From positions 35,341-99,340 of the forward strand of contig MHWA01000004.1 in NCBI GenBank assembly GCA_001825335.1: a stretch of 64,000 bases of DNA, given 5' to 3'. The position numbers and the translations under genes were made by a program. Below, in pieces: positions 1 through 9,655 of this stretch (position 1 is the stretch's first letter; each line of letters begins with the position of its first letter). The notes under the pieces were generated by a model. That model saw only the letters and a list, made by a program, of their open reading frames with translations, did not search any database and had not been told where the DNA came from. This DNA comes from Candidatus Zambryskibacteria bacterium RIFCSPLOWO2_01_FULL_35_19 (lineage in GTDB: Bacteria; Patescibacteriota; Minisyncoccia; Phycocordibacterales; WO2-35-19).

Positions 1-324
1 GTCTATGGCGATTGGAGTATCTGTTGCTTTACCAGTACCGACACCAACCTTCCCTTTTTTGTCACCTATAACCATAGAAACACTAAAACTAAATCTACGG
101 CCACCGGAAACCACTCTAGTTACTCTTCTGATACTTATTATTTTATTATCAAATTCTTGCTTCACTCTTTCTGGTCTTCTAGACGGTCTGCGTTCATTTT
201 TTCTTTTATCTCTACTAGTAAAACCACTGTCGCTAGGCGCTACTTTTATAGTTACAGTATTAATTTCACTATCTTCATTTATTACTTCGTTTATTATTTC
301 TTTTTTTTCTTCTTTGTCTATCAT
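1..324 (-). CDS. rpsE: 30S ribosomal protein S5 (partial; C-terminal end lies beyond window start)
   Basis: Reverse-strand translation from the ATG at 322-324 reads [11 protein letters not shown]...[42 protein letters not shown], an S5 signature; it follows L18 in the usual operon order. It is absent from the ORF track because it runs off the window edge. Confidence 0.8.
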   Translation of the reverse strand, partial: MIDKEEKKEIINEVINEDSEINTVTIKVAPSDSGFTSRDKRKNERRPSRRPERVKQEFDNKIISIRRVTRVVSGGRRFSFSVSMVIGDKKGKVGVGTGKATDTPIAID

Positions 325-333
325 ATTTTTTTA

Positions 334-681
334 TTAAAATTTTAGTCCAGCTTCTCTAGCTCCTAGAGCCACAGCGGCGACAGCTCCTGTATATATATAA
401 CCACCTCTATCAAAAACCACTTTACTTATTTTTTTGGCTAAAGCTTGTTCCGCAATCTTTATCCCAACTGTTTTAGCTTTGACCAAAACTCCTTTACCGA
501 CCACATCTTTACTGCTAGCAGCTGCCAAAGTGGTCCCTGTAAAATCATCAATAAGTTGAGCTGAAATATATTTGTTTGATTTAAATACAGATAATCTTGG
601 TTTATCTTTAACGCCAAAAACCTTCGCTTTGATTCGTTTTCTTCTTCTATCTCTTTGTATTTTTTTAATTTTTGTATTCAT
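334..681 (-). CDS. rplR: 50S ribosomal protein L18
   Basis: 115 aa; DKPRLSVFKSNKYISAQLIDD...FDRGGYIYTGAVAAVALGAREAGLKF is typical L18; sits between L6 and S5. Confidence 0.9.
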   Translation of the reverse strand: MNTKIKKIQRDRRRKRIKAKVFGVKDKPRLSVFKSNKYISAQLIDDFTGTTLAAASSKDVVGKGVLVKAKTVGIKIAEQALAKKISKVVFDRGGYIYTGAVAAVALGAREAGLKF

Positions 682-708
682 AATTTTCTAGATACTAACT
701 ACTGACTT

Positions 709-1242
709 TTATACACTTTTCTTGCCCTGCTTTCTTCTTACAATTTCATCGTGATAATGAAAACCTTTACCTTTATAAGGTTCTGGTTTCTTTAAATCTC
801 TCACTTTAGCAGCAAAACTTCCTACCAATTCTTTATCAACTCCCGCTATTGTTATGTTATTTTTTTCTGATTTAACTTCAAGTCCTGTTGGGATTTCTAT
901 TTCAACAGGATGAGAAAATCCTAAAGCCAAAACAAGCTTATTACCATTTACTTGAGATTTAAATCCAACACCTTCCAAAATAAGTTTTTTCTCAAAACCT
1001 TCAGTTACTCCTTGGATCATATTTTTTATATGAGAAGCGTAAGTGCCCCATAGAGCTTTGGTTAAACCATTTTCTTTAACGACAGCCAAAGTTATTTCTT
1101 TGTCTAAAATAGTAATAGATATTTCAGGAAGAAAATTCCTTTCTAAAGAACCTTTAGGGCCTTTAACTTTAAAAAGACCGCCAGTTATGACTGCTTCTGT
1201 TTTTTCTGGTATTTGTATTCCTTTTTTACCTATTCTTGACAT
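709..1242 (-). CDS. rplF: 50S ribosomal protein L6
   Basis: 177 aa; MSRIGKKGIQIP...two-domain L6 pattern; operon position after S8. Confidence 0.9.
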   Translation of the reverse strand: MSRIGKKGIQIPEKTEAVITGGLFKVKGPKGSLERNFLPEISITILDKEITLAVVKENGLTKALWGTYASHIKNMIQGVTEGFEKKLILEGVGFKSQVNGNKLVLALGFSHPVEIEIPTGLEVKSEKNNITIAGVDKELVGSFAAKVRDLKKPEPYKGKGFHYHDEIVRRKQGKKSV

Positions 1243-1273
1243 ATTATTGTTATTTATAGTGAGCGTAGTTGAA

Positions 1274-1666
1274 TTACCATATATTAAATAAAAATTCTCC
1301 TCCTAAATTACTTTTTTTAGCATCTGTATCAGCCATAATGCCTTTAGGAGTAGAAAAAATTGACAATCCAAACCCTTTTCTAAATTTTTTGATATTTTTA
1401 GCGCCTTCGTATATACGTCTTGAAGGTTTTGACATCCTTTTCACCCCTCTCACTTTTGGACTTCCGTCTTCCATATAAAGTAGTTCTATATTTAAATATC
1501 TAGCGTTTCCTTTGTTCTTTTTAGTAACAACACCAAGATAACCTTTAGCCGAAAGAAGTTCGGCTATAGCCAATTTTACTTTTGAAAAAGGCACCGTAAA
1601 GCTAGCCTTACGCACGCTTCCAGCATTTTTTATTCTTATTATAAAGTCTCCTATTGGGTCATTCAT
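1274..1666 (-). CDS. rpsH: 30S ribosomal protein S8
   Basis: 130 aa; MNDPIGDFIIRIKNAG... S8 N-terminal signature. Confidence 0.9.
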   Translation of the reverse strand: MNDPIGDFIIRIKNAGSVRKASFTVPFSKVKLAIAELLSAKGYLGVVTKKNKGNARYLNIELLYMEDGSPKVRGVKRMSKPSRRIYEGAKNIKKFRKGFGLSIFSTPKGIMADTDAKKSNLGGEFLFNIW

Positions 1667-1744
1667 TCTGTTAAAGGTAGGAAATTATACAATTTAATAT
1701 ATTTTTCCTATCTGGTTAATCTGCTAATTTAATTTCTCATAATT

Positions 1745-1930
1745 TTACCAAGATGATTTCTTTACTCCTGGAATTTTACCTTCATTGGCAAGTTCTCTAA
1801 AACAAATCCTGCAAAGAGCAAAATCCCCCATATAAGCTCTAGCTCTACCGCATTTAAAACAACGGTTAACAGACCGAGAACTAAATTTCGGTTTCTTTAG
1901 AGCCCTTGCTTTTACTGAAGCTTTTGCCAT
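1745..1930 (-). CDS. rpsZ: 30S ribosomal protein S14 type Z (zinc-ribbon form)
   Basis: Listed ORF 1745..1999 trimmed to the internal ATG (rc of 1928-1930): [61 protein letters not shown], 61 aa with the CxxC..CxxC motif of S14 type Z. Confidence 0.85.
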   Translation of the reverse strand: MAKASVKARALKKPKFSSRSVNRCFKCGRARAYMGDFALCRICFRELANEGKIPGVKKSSW

Positions 1931-2040
1931 ATATATTCTTTCTAATAAAAAACCCTCTCGGGCTTCTTTAAAGCTAACAAATATAGTTAAAATAGTCAAA
2001 TCTATTAAATCTTTGATAAAAGACCTGTTTCGTGCAAGAA

Positions 2041-2188
2041 TATTTAAGTTGGAGAGTTGGCTGAGTGGATGAAAAGCAAACTGCTTTGCTTTTCATCCGG
2101 TCTGCGAACAAAGTGAGCAGAATTGTCGTTGTGAGCAAATGCGAACAGACAATAGGTGGACGAAAGAAACTTTCGACCACCACCAATC
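2041..2188 (+). other. tRNA-Ser-like 5' fragment (truncated duplicate or pseudo-tRNA)
   Basis: Its first 18 nt (GGAGAGTTGGCTGAGTGG) match the 5' end of the adjacent tRNA-Ser exactly, followed by a 14-bp hairpin (GGATGAAAAGCAAA CTGC TTTGCTTTTCATCC). There is no T-arm and no 3' acceptor strand before position 2189. Confidence 0.3.
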
Positions 2189-2275
2189 GGAGAGTTGGCT
2201 GAGTGGTCGAAAGCGCCTCACTGCTAACGAGGTGTCCCCTTACCGGGACCGTGGGTTCGAATCCCACACTCTCCG
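2189..2275 (+). tRNA. tRNA-Ser (anticodon GCU), class II with long variable arm
   Basis: GGAGAGT acceptor pairs with ACTCTCC + discriminator G; anticodon loop CTGCTAA; variable arm GTCCCCTTACCGGGAC; T-arm TGGGTTCGAATCCCA; no encoded CCA. Confidence 0.85.
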
Positions 2276-2416
2276 CATTGACAATTTAGTATCGGCGTGT
2301 TCCTATTACTTGAGGCAAGTTAGCGGCCCGAGAGCTTCTGCAATCCACTAAAAAATATGCTAAAATACGTCTATGGTGATTGGATCTCAAAGCTTAAATC
2401 ACCCAAACATCATCAT

Positions 2417-2779
2417 ATGAACAATAGAATTTTTATTATAATATTTGTAATCGTAGTCTTTATTCTTGGAGGCCTGCTTTATATTTATAATCCAAATCCA
2501 GTAAAATACGAAAATCCAAATGAAAAAGATCCTATAGTCTGCACAACAGATGCCAAACTTTGCCCTGACGGAAGTTATGTTGGTCGAACCGGACCAAATT
2601 GTGAATTTGTTTGCCCAGAAACCCCAAACAATAACATTCCACCTGGTGCAATATTTGAAGATGGCACCATAATAGAAGAAGATGAACCAATATTTTGCAC
2701 AGCAGATGCCAAGCTTTGCCCTGATGGAAGTTATGTTGGTAGAGTAGGTCCTAATTGTGAATTTGCACAATGTCCTTAA
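2417..2779 (+). CDS. hypothetical membrane-anchored protein with tandem Cys-rich repeat
   Basis: ORF 2357..2779; likely start at MNNRIF (2417). One TM helix, then two copies of C(T/A)(T/A)DAKLCPDGSYVGR(T/V)GPNCEF. The stop overlaps the recG start. Confidence 0.5.
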   Translation: MNNRIFIIIFVIVVFILGGLLYIYNPNPVKYENPNEKDPIVCTTDAKLCPDGSYVGRTGPNCEFVCPETPNNNIPPGAIFEDGTIIEEDEPIFCTADAKLCPDGSYVGRVGPNCEFAQCP

Positions 2780-5058
2780 ATATAATCAAAGCAGACACCA
2801 TCATTGAACAGATACAAAGACTTTCGCCTTTCCAAAAAAAAGCGTTAGTGAAAATGCGTCTTACCAAAGTTTCTGATATTTTAAGACATTTTCCTGTCAG
2901 ATACGGAGAGTCGGGTTTAGTTAAAGCCATCGAATTTTTGAATGAAGGCGATAATGCTGTGGTTTTTGGCAAGATATCCAAATTAAAAACAACTAAAACT
3001 TTTAAATCTAAAATAGCAATTTCAACAGCCGAAGTAGAGGACTCTACCGGAAAAGTAAAAATTGTATGGTTTAGTCAACCTTACATCGCTAAAATGTTTT
3101 TTGAAGGAAGTTTGGTGAGGATTGAAGGTCGAGTTTCTGCCAAAAAAAATAAACTAACAAAAACGAAGACGATAAGCGATAGCGAGGCGCGAGTTTCAGA
3201 AGAACTCAATTTTACAAACCCTAAAATAGAAAAGGTTACTCAAATACCCGAAGGCACTAGTGGCTCACTCTTTGCGGGATCCGAAGGAGACAGTCACAAC
3301 CTCTTCCCTGTTTATCCAGAAAGCAGAGGTATTTCTTCAAATTGGATTTATCATACTATCCAAAAAATTATATCAAGGAACGTCCTTGACACTTTAAAAG
3401 ATCCAATCCCTCAAGAAATTTTAAAAAAATATAATTTACCTTCTTTAAAAACAGCTTTGATCTGGATTCATGCTCCGCGTAAAAAAGAAAATGCTGAAAT
3501 AGCCAGAAAAAGATTTGCTTTTGAAGAAATATTTTTTATTCAAATTGATAGGCAAAAAGAAAAATTTATTGCCCAGAGAGAAAATTCTTTCACTATAGAA
3601 AAAGAAGCTGAAGTCAAAGATTTTGTAAAAAGTTTTCCTTTTCCATTAACTTCAGCTCAAGATAAATCTATCAAAGCCATCCTCAACGATTTTAAAACTG
3701 GCCATCCTATGTCTCGCTTGCTTGAAGGAGATGTCGGCTCTGGAAAGACCGCAGTAGCCACAGCAGCCAGCTTCGCGGCTGTCTCAACACTTCCTCCAGA
3801 TAGAAAATTTGGTAATTTGCAAGTTGCTTATATGGCTCCCACAGAAATTTTGGCAGAACAGCACTTTGAATCTTTTATTGAATATTTTTCTAAATACAAA
3901 ATACCAATAGGTCTTATTACTGGAAGCGGAGCCAAAAAATTCCCCTCCAAAACAAGCCAAGGACAGTCCTTAAAATGCCCCGACCCCAAAGGACTGTCCT
4001 TGGCTTGGACTAAAATATCTAAACCCCAACTCCTCAAATGGGTAGCAAATGGTGAAATACCTATCCTTATCGGCACTCACTCTCTCATCCAGAAAACAGT
4101 AAAGTTTAAAAACCTCGCTTTTATTATCATAGATGAACAACACCGCTTCGGAGTTAAACAAAGGATGAGTCTCCGCCGTAAACACGACATTGCTCCACAC
4201 CTCCTTTCAATGACTGCCACCCCCATCCCTCGCACTTTAGCTTTAACAATATTTGGAGACTTAGATTTATCTTTACTTGACGAATTACCTCCCGGACGAC
4301 AAATTCCCGAGACAAAAATAATTTTGCCCCACCAAAGAGAAGAGGTTTATAAACAAGTGAGAGAAGAATTAAAATCCGGTCGACAAGCTTTTGTTATTTG
4401 CGCCCGAGTAAACGACCCAGACCCAGACAAAGAAAATACTCTAAACGCCAAATCGGTCAAATCAGAAACCAAAAGGTTGCAAGAGAAAATATTTCCCGAG
4501 TTTAATGTTGGCTCCATCACCGGCAAGATGAAGCCGTCAGAAAAAGCAGATGTAATGAGAAGATTTTCCGCCAGAGGCGGATCCGCCTCTGGCGGAAAAG
4601 ATAAAAAGATTGATATTTTAGTGGCGACATCAGTTATAGAAGTAGGTATCAATGTTCCAAACGCCACCATCATTATTATTGAAAATGCCGAGCGTTTTGG
4701 TTTAGCTCAACTGCACCAACTCCGTGGAAGAGTCTTGCGAAGCTCTTTCAAACCACATTGTTTTGTTTTTGCTGATTCCAAAAACCAAAAAACAATATCT
4801 AGATTAAAATCATTTACTATCGCCAAAAACGGCTTTGAATTAGCCGAGGCAGACTTACAACAAAGAGGTGCGGGAGATTTAGCTGGTGCCAAACAGTGGG
4901 GTGTCTCTGACCTCGCTATGGAAGCTCTTAAAAATATAAAAATGGTAGAAGCGGCTAGAGAAGAAGCCAAAAATTTGATTGAAAAAGATTTTGAATTAAA
5001 AAAGTATCCTATTTTAGCCAAATATTTAGCAGAAAAAAATATAGTGCATATGGAGTAA
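2770..5058 (+). CDS. recG: ATP-dependent DNA helicase RecG
   Basis: 762 aa; Walker A GDVGSGKTAVA, DEQHRFG, TATPIPRTL, and a C-terminal helicase domain. It carries an in-frame insertion (see repeat at 3957-4003). Confidence 0.9.
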   Translation: MSLNIIKADTIIEQIQRLSPFQKKALVKMRLTKVSDILRHFPVRYGESGLVKAIEFLNEGDNAVVFGKISKLKTTKTFKSKIAISTAEVEDSTGKVKIVWFSQPYIAKMFFEGSLVRIEGRVSAKKNKLTKTKTISDSEARVSEELNFTNPKIEKVTQIPEGTSGSLFAGSEGDSHNLFPVYPESRGISSNWIYHTIQKIISRNVLDTLKDPIPQEILKKYNLPSLKTALIWIHAPRKKENAEIARKRFAFEEIFFIQIDRQKEKFIAQRENSFTIEKEAEVKDFVKSFPFPLTSAQDKSIKAILNDFKTGHPMSRLLEGDVGSGKTAVATAASFAAVSTLPPDRKFGNLQVAYMAPTEILAEQHFESFIEYFSKYKIPIGLITGSGAKKFPSKTSQGQSLKCPDPKGLSLAWTKISKPQLLKWVANGEIPILIGTHSLIQKTVKFKNLAFIIIDEQHRFGVKQRMSLRRKHDIAPHLLSMTATPIPRTLALTIFGDLDLSLLDELPPGRQIPETKIILPHQREEVYKQVREELKSGRQAFVICARVNDPDPDKENTLNAKSVKSETKRLQEKIFPEFNVGSITGKMKPSEKADVMRRFSARGGSASGGKDKKIDILVATSVIEVGINVPNATIIIIENAERFGLAQLHQLRGRVLRSSFKPHCFVFADSKNQKTISRLKSFTIAKNGFELAEADLQQRGAGDLAGAKQWGVSDLAMEALKNIKMVEAAREEAKNLIEKDFELKKYPILAKYLAEKNIVHME
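3957..4003. repeat. GC-rich palindromic element inserted in frame inside recG
   Basis: CCAAGGACAGTCCTT...(17 nt)...AAGGACTGTCCTTGG, a perfect 15-bp inverted repeat; it encodes SQGQSLKCPDPKGLSLAW, which looks like extra loop sequence relative to RecG as I recall it. Confidence 0.55.
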
Positions 5059-5071
5059 TTTATTTTAAAAA

Positions 5072-5098
5072 ATACAAGGAGAGTCCTTGTATTTTTTA
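5072..5098 (+). terminator. intrinsic terminator after recG
   Basis: ATACAAGGA GAG TCCTTGTAT, a 9-bp stem followed by TTTTTT. The stem shares the CAAGGA..TCCTTG motif with the in-frame recG element. Confidence 0.6.
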
Positions 5099-5238
5099 GG
5101 TGTGGTATAATCATAAAATACTGTTGGTTTTTATCTTTTTAAAATTGTATAATTTAAAGAGTATTTATATTAATAATCTAATGAGAAAAAAGTCGTGTTT
5201 TAACAAACATAACGCACGACACAATTTCACAAAAACAA

Positions 5239-6444
5239 ATGAAAAAAATTAAATTCATAATAACTTCAAGCATTGCCCTTTCAATGTTTTTAGTTGGAGC
5301 GACTGTCTATGGAGCAAGCTCTGCTGATAGTATAGCCCAAAAATATGGCTATCCTACAGTAACCAGTCTTTTAGCAGTAGAAGCAATGCAGTTTACTCCA
5401 CAATGGGAACAAAATGTTAAAGGTTATAATTCCAACGATGGTACTTATACTACTTATAATTCCACTTATTTTGCCACTCCATCTACTGCCAGCAAATTGG
5501 CTGGTTGGTTTGGAGGAACAGTTATTCCTCAAAGTTCTTATAATACTGGAGGTCCATTTACCATTCCTACTGGTGCCGCTATAAAGATTGGTGACACTTA
5601 TTTAAATGCCGGCTCGGTAGCTGAAAAATTAAGAAGACTTCAAATTACTTATACTGAAGCAGTTAAAAACTATGAAAGAAATTTATTAGAAAATGAAAAC
5701 ATAGTAAGTTCTGGCAATTTATCCATACCTACAGATCCATTAGTAAGTTTAAAAGCATCTTATGGTATAAGTGGTGGCTCTAGTGGTAGTAGCAATACAG
5801 GTACCAATCGCACAATAGGTGATTGCGTAGGAAGAGGTTGTCCTTCTGGTGGAACAACTACTAGCGGTTCTACTGGTGGTACTACTGGTACCAATGTGGT
5901 AAATAGCTCAACTTTTCAATCAAACACAGCTACGGCAAATTATGTTAGAGCTTTAACTCAATTAGTAAACAAATTAATCGTTGAAGCTAAAGCTAAATTA
6001 GAACTCTCTACTTCTGGCGTTTCTACTTCTGAACAATACAATCCAAACAACATCACTGACGCTCCTTCAAAAAATACCACGACATCTAATGCCACCACTG
6101 GTTCTACTCCAGCCCAAAACAACATTAACACCACTACCGCAGCTACTTTAGCCAATCAAAAATGCACAGGAGATATTTATAGAGATTTGGAAGCAGCCAA
6201 AACTTGTGCCGCTCTAGCCCAAAGTCAAGGTGCTGCATTAGGCTACAACATAAGTTGTGGCGCTTCAAAAGTAACTTTACCTGGCAGTACCCCAGGAGCT
6301 GATTACTATATTTCATCAATTTGCACCGTAAACGGGAGCGCTGGACATGGCGCTTATATGTTGGCAGGTTTTGACCCCGGAACTAGCGGTTATGTCGGAG
6401 TTAATTCTGGATGGAAAATCCTTGAAACCGAGCTCGGCAATTAA
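5239..6444 (+). CDS. secreted Ser/Thr/Gly-rich protein with Cys-containing C-terminal domain (hypothetical)
   Basis: 401 aa; N-terminal signal peptide MKKIKFIITSSIALSMFLVGATVYGA; low-complexity S/T/G/N tracts; no motif I recognise. Confidence 0.55.
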   Translation: MKKIKFIITSSIALSMFLVGATVYGASSADSIAQKYGYPTVTSLLAVEAMQFTPQWEQNVKGYNSNDGTYTTYNSTYFATPSTASKLAGWFGGTVIPQSSYNTGGPFTIPTGAAIKIGDTYLNAGSVAEKLRRLQITYTEAVKNYERNLLENENIVSSGNLSIPTDPLVSLKASYGISGGSSGSSNTGTNRTIGDCVGRGCPSGGTTTSGSTGGTTGTNVVNSSTFQSNTATANYVRALTQLVNKLIVEAKAKLELSTSGVSTSEQYNPNNITDAPSKNTTTSNATTGSTPAQNNINTTTAATLANQKCTGDIYRDLEAAKTCAALAQSQGAALGYNISCGASKVTLPGSTPGADYYISSICTVNGSAGHGAYMLAGFDPGTSGYVGVNSGWKILETELGN

Positions 6445-8366
6445 ACCAAATGCTCTTCCCTTTTGGGTTGAATACCGTTAGCGACTAGTATTGATTCAAA
6501 CTCATCGCGTTCTATAGTCTCTGTCTCTATCAGTCTTTTAGCAATAATATCAAGTAGAGGTCTGCGTTCAATGATTATTTGTTCTGCTTTTTGATGCGCC
6601 TCTTTCATTATTTTAGAAACTTCTTTGTCAATCATAGCCCCCACTTCTTCTGAATATTCTTTTTCATTAACCCCCCTACCAAAAAGAGTCTTCCCTTCTG
6701 CTCCTTCAAGAGCGATCGGCCCTAGATTATCTGACATACCATATTTGGTGACCATATCTCGAGCCAAAGCAGTAGAAACTTGCAAATCGTTTGATGGTCC
6801 AGTAGTCAAATCTCCAAAAACAATTTTTTCTGCCACATAACCACCAAGAGACATCGCAATATCGTCTAAAAATTCTTTTTTGGACTGAAGTTTTTTGTCT
6901 TCTACGGGAAGTTTTAGAGTATAACCAGCCGCGCGTCCGCGACTAATGATAGAAATTTTGTGAATAGGGTCGGCATTTGGTAAAGCGCTAGCCACCAAAG
7001 CGTGCCCAGCTTCATGATAAGCAGTAACCTCTTTACCTTTCTTTGAAAGAATATGACTTTTGCGTTCAGGTCCAAGCATCACCTTTTCAATTGAACGTAT
7101 CAAATCAAATTGAGAAATTTTATTTCTATTTTCTCTAGCAGCTAAAATCGCCCCTTCATTCATCAATGAATACAAATCAGCTCCAGAAAAACCGGGAGTG
7201 CGTTCAGCAACAACCTTTAAATTAACATCTTCACCAAAAGGTTTAGTTTTTGAATGAATTTCAAGTATAGCTTCCCTGTCCCCCCTGTCGGGCAAATCAA
7301 TAGTCACTCGGCGATCAAAACGTCCCGGCCTAAGTAAAGCGGGGTCCAGCACATCTGGCCTGTTGGTAGCAGCCATCACTACCACTTTTTCATTTGGTTC
7401 AAAGCCATCCATCTCCACTAAAATTTGGTTTAAAGTTTGCTCTCTTTCGTCATTGCCACCACCCATACCACCACCACGCACCCTGCCAACAGCGTCTATC
7501 TCATCCATAAAAATAATAGCCGGAGCCATCTTCTTGGCCATTTGAAAAAGATCTCTCACACGACTTGCGCCGACACCAACAAACATCTCTACAAATTCCG
7601 AACCAGAAATAGAAAAGAAGGCTACACTCGCTTCTCCAGCTACCGCTCTAGCCAAAAGAGTCTTGCCGGTACCGGGCGCGCCCATAAGAAGTATTCCTTT
7701 AGGAATCCTAGCTCCAATTTCTAAAAACTTTTTAGGATTTTTAAGGAAATCAACTATCTCTCCGAGTTCTTCCTTAGCTTCTTTACAGCCAGCCACATCT
7801 TTGAAGGTCACTCTTTGTTTTTGGTCATCAGGTTCGGTCAGTCTAGCTCGTGATTGTCCAAAAGAAAAAGCTTGCATTCCAGACCCTTTCATCTGACGAG
7901 TCATAAGCCAAATAAAAACAGCAATAAACAAAACAGGGAATAAAATAGGAGAAAGATTTAAAAGCCAATAGAAAAAACCACTATCTTGAGTAACGCTAAT
8001 TTTTATATTAGCCAACTCTGATGAAGTTATTCCATAAGCAGCTAAAGTTTCAGTGATATTTGAACTTTCTTCTTTTTTTGAGGTCTTAATAACATCGTTT
8101 TGAAAAATGGCCTCAATATCTCCACTCTTAACTGAAATTTCTTTCACTTCACCAAATTTTACAGCCATAGCTAATTCAGAAATACTTATATCTTCTTTAG
8201 CTTTATTTTCATTGATTAAAGAGTAGGCAGAAACAACAAAAAATATAATCAAAACACTAATTATAAAATTGCCAGAAAAAGAGTTTTTTGGTCCCCCTTT
8301 TTGGATTTTATTAAAAAAATTATTTTTATTATTGTCTTTTTTTATTTTTTTATTTTTTTTTGTCAT
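6441..8366 (-). CDS. ftsH: ATP-dependent zinc metalloprotease FtsH
   Basis: 641 aa; N-terminal TM, AAA Walker [19 protein letters not shown], second region of homology, zinc motif HEAGHAL. Confidence 0.9.
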   Translation of the reverse strand: MTKKNKKIKKDNNKNNFFNKIQKGGPKNSFSGNFIISVLIIFFVVSAYSLINENKAKEDISISELAMAVKFGEVKEISVKSGDIEAIFQNDVIKTSKKEESSNITETLAAYGITSSELANIKISVTQDSGFFYWLLNLSPILFPVLFIAVFIWLMTRQMKGSGMQAFSFGQSRARLTEPDDQKQRVTFKDVAGCKEAKEELGEIVDFLKNPKKFLEIGARIPKGILLMGAPGTGKTLLARAVAGEASVAFFSISGSEFVEMFVGVGASRVRDLFQMAKKMAPAIIFMDEIDAVGRVRGGGMGGGNDEREQTLNQILVEMDGFEPNEKVVVMAATNRPDVLDPALLRPGRFDRRVTIDLPDRGDREAILEIHSKTKPFGEDVNLKVVAERTPGFSGADLYSLMNEGAILAARENRNKISQFDLIRSIEKVMLGPERKSHILSKKGKEVTAYHEAGHALVASALPNADPIHKISIISRGRAAGYTLKLPVEDKKLQSKKEFLDDIAMSLGGYVAEKIVFGDLTTGPSNDLQVSTALARDMVTKYGMSDNLGPIALEGAEGKTLFGRGVNEKEYSEEVGAMIDKEVSKIMKEAHQKAEQIIIERRPLLDIIAKRLIETETIERDEFESILVANGIQPKREEHLV

Positions 8367-8471
8367 AATATTTTAATAAAGCAATAATAACACAAAAATA
8401 GTAAATAATCTCGTCAGTTCGCGCAAAACGTACCTACAATATATTTCTCATTTTTATAGTATTATAAAGAT

Positions 8472-8915
8472 ATGACCTTAATTCAAAACAAAAAAGCATA
8501 CTTCAATTATGAAATCCTTGAAAAAACCGAGGCCGGTATTGAATTGCTAGGTTTTGAAGTCAAATCTTTAAAAAAGGGACAGGGTTCTCTGGAAGGTTCA
8601 CATATTACAATCAGAGGCAATGAAGCTTTCATTATAAATATGCAAATTCCACCTTACCAGCCGGCTAACACACCTAAAGATTACGACCCACTACGTAATC
8701 GTCGCCTCCTTTTGACTAAAAAAGAAATTTCTAGTCTATTAGAAGAAGAAAAACAAAAAGGATTGACAATTATACCCCTTTCGGTGTATAATAAGGGTAG
8801 AAAGCTGAAATTAGAGATAGCCGTAGTGCGTGGTAAGAAAAAATACGACAAACGCGAGACTATTAAAAAACGTGATACTGACCGCGAGATAAGGCGAACC
8901 TTGAAAAATGAATAA
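8472..8915 (+). CDS. smpB: SsrA-binding protein SmpB
   Basis: 147 aa; NKKAYFNYEILEK...GFEVKSLK... a typical SmpB core with a basic C-terminal tail. Confidence 0.9.
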   Translation: MTLIQNKKAYFNYEILEKTEAGIELLGFEVKSLKKGQGSLEGSHITIRGNEAFIINMQIPPYQPANTPKDYDPLRNRRLLLTKKEISSLLEEEKQKGLTIIPLSVYNKGRKLKLEIAVVRGKKKYDKRETIKKRDTDREIRRTLKNE

Positions 8916-8956
8916 TTGTCAGTCCAAAAATTCCCGAAAAACGGTTGTGAGTGAAT

Positions 8957-9028
8957 CAAAACAAATTTTTCAAAAGTCTGGCTGAAGCGAAGCCAGGATC
9001 CGAAGACTTTTGCAAAAATTTTGTTTTG
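8957..9028. repeat. 72-bp near-perfect palindrome between smpB and tmRNA
   Basis: CAAAACAAATTTTTCAAAAGTCT...GGCTGAAGCGAAGCC...AGACTTTTGCAAAAATTTTGTTTTG; ~23-bp arms with an inner hairpin. Confidence 0.5.
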
Positions 9029-9045
9029 ATGAACGACCTTTTTTC

Positions 9046-9460
9046 GGGGATGATCGGCCTAGACAATAAGATACATTTGTAAAATGCGAGAGAGAGCTAC
9101 AGTACACTCTTAAAACTGCTATAAAAGATAACTGCAAACAAAGTTGTCGCAAAAGCAAAAACCGTTGTTTCTCCATATTTTGGAGTGGGTGATTTTGCTT
9201 TCGCTTACGTTAGGGCTTAATTTTAAGTCTCGCTAAGCGACGTCAGATTCTTTGATGTCTCATAAAAGAAATCTGGTGTAATAAATTTGAGACTTTGAAA
9301 AATAGTTGCTTCGCTATTTTTTCTAAATGTTGAAGCTCGATATTTTAAGATCTTGTTTGTTCCATACTTAAAATATTTAAACAAACTGCAACAAACTAAC
9401 TCTTGTAGAAATTTTCCAAATCTCTTATTGCATGGCGGTTCGATTCCGCCCATCTCCACA
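9046..9460 (+). ncRNA. ssrA: tmRNA (SsrA) candidate
   Basis: Immediately downstream of smpB. 5' GGGGATG pairs with 3' CATCTCC including a G3:U70 wobble (the alanine identity element); T-arm GGCGGTTCGATTCCGCC; ends ...CATCTCCACA. The tag-peptide frame is not resolved. Listed ORFs 8970..9176 and 9223..9459 overlap it and are treated as spurious. Confidence 0.6.
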
Positions 9461-9477
9461 AAAATAAGGAACGTAGT

Positions 9478-9555
9478 GACTATATTTTTGTAGGACTCCG
9501 CGAAGCTTTAGCGAAGCGGAGTAACACAAAATGTTATTAGACTATATTTTTGTAG
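9478..9555 (+). repeat. pair of 16-bp direct repeats (GACTATATTTTTGTAG) flanking a hairpin, just 3' of tmRNA
   Basis: Copies at 9478-9493 and 9540-9555; between them GACTCCGCGAAGC TTTA GCGAAGCGGAGT. Confidence 0.5.
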
Positions 9556-9655
9556 CCCTTCCTTCGTCAGGATCTTCGAGACCCTAAGTTTGACTAAGGG
9601 TTATTTTGTTTTATATAAAAACCACTTTATTAAATAAAATTTTTTCATTTTTATT

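Noticed and set aside
5-345. Plus-strand ORFs 5..337 and 157..345 (low-complexity proteins)
   Set aside because: They are antisense to the S5 gene and have repetitive, biased composition; the reverse strand carries a clear S5 signature.
2278-2310. Possible promoter TTGACA at 2278-2283 downstream of the tRNA
   Set aside because: No acceptable -10 hexamer at 16-19 nt spacing.
8970-9459. Reverse-strand ORFs 8970..9176 and 9223..9459
   Set aside because: They overlap the tmRNA candidate; for example MEMGGIEPPCNKR is the translation of the complementary T-arm sequence GGCGGAATCGAACCGCC.
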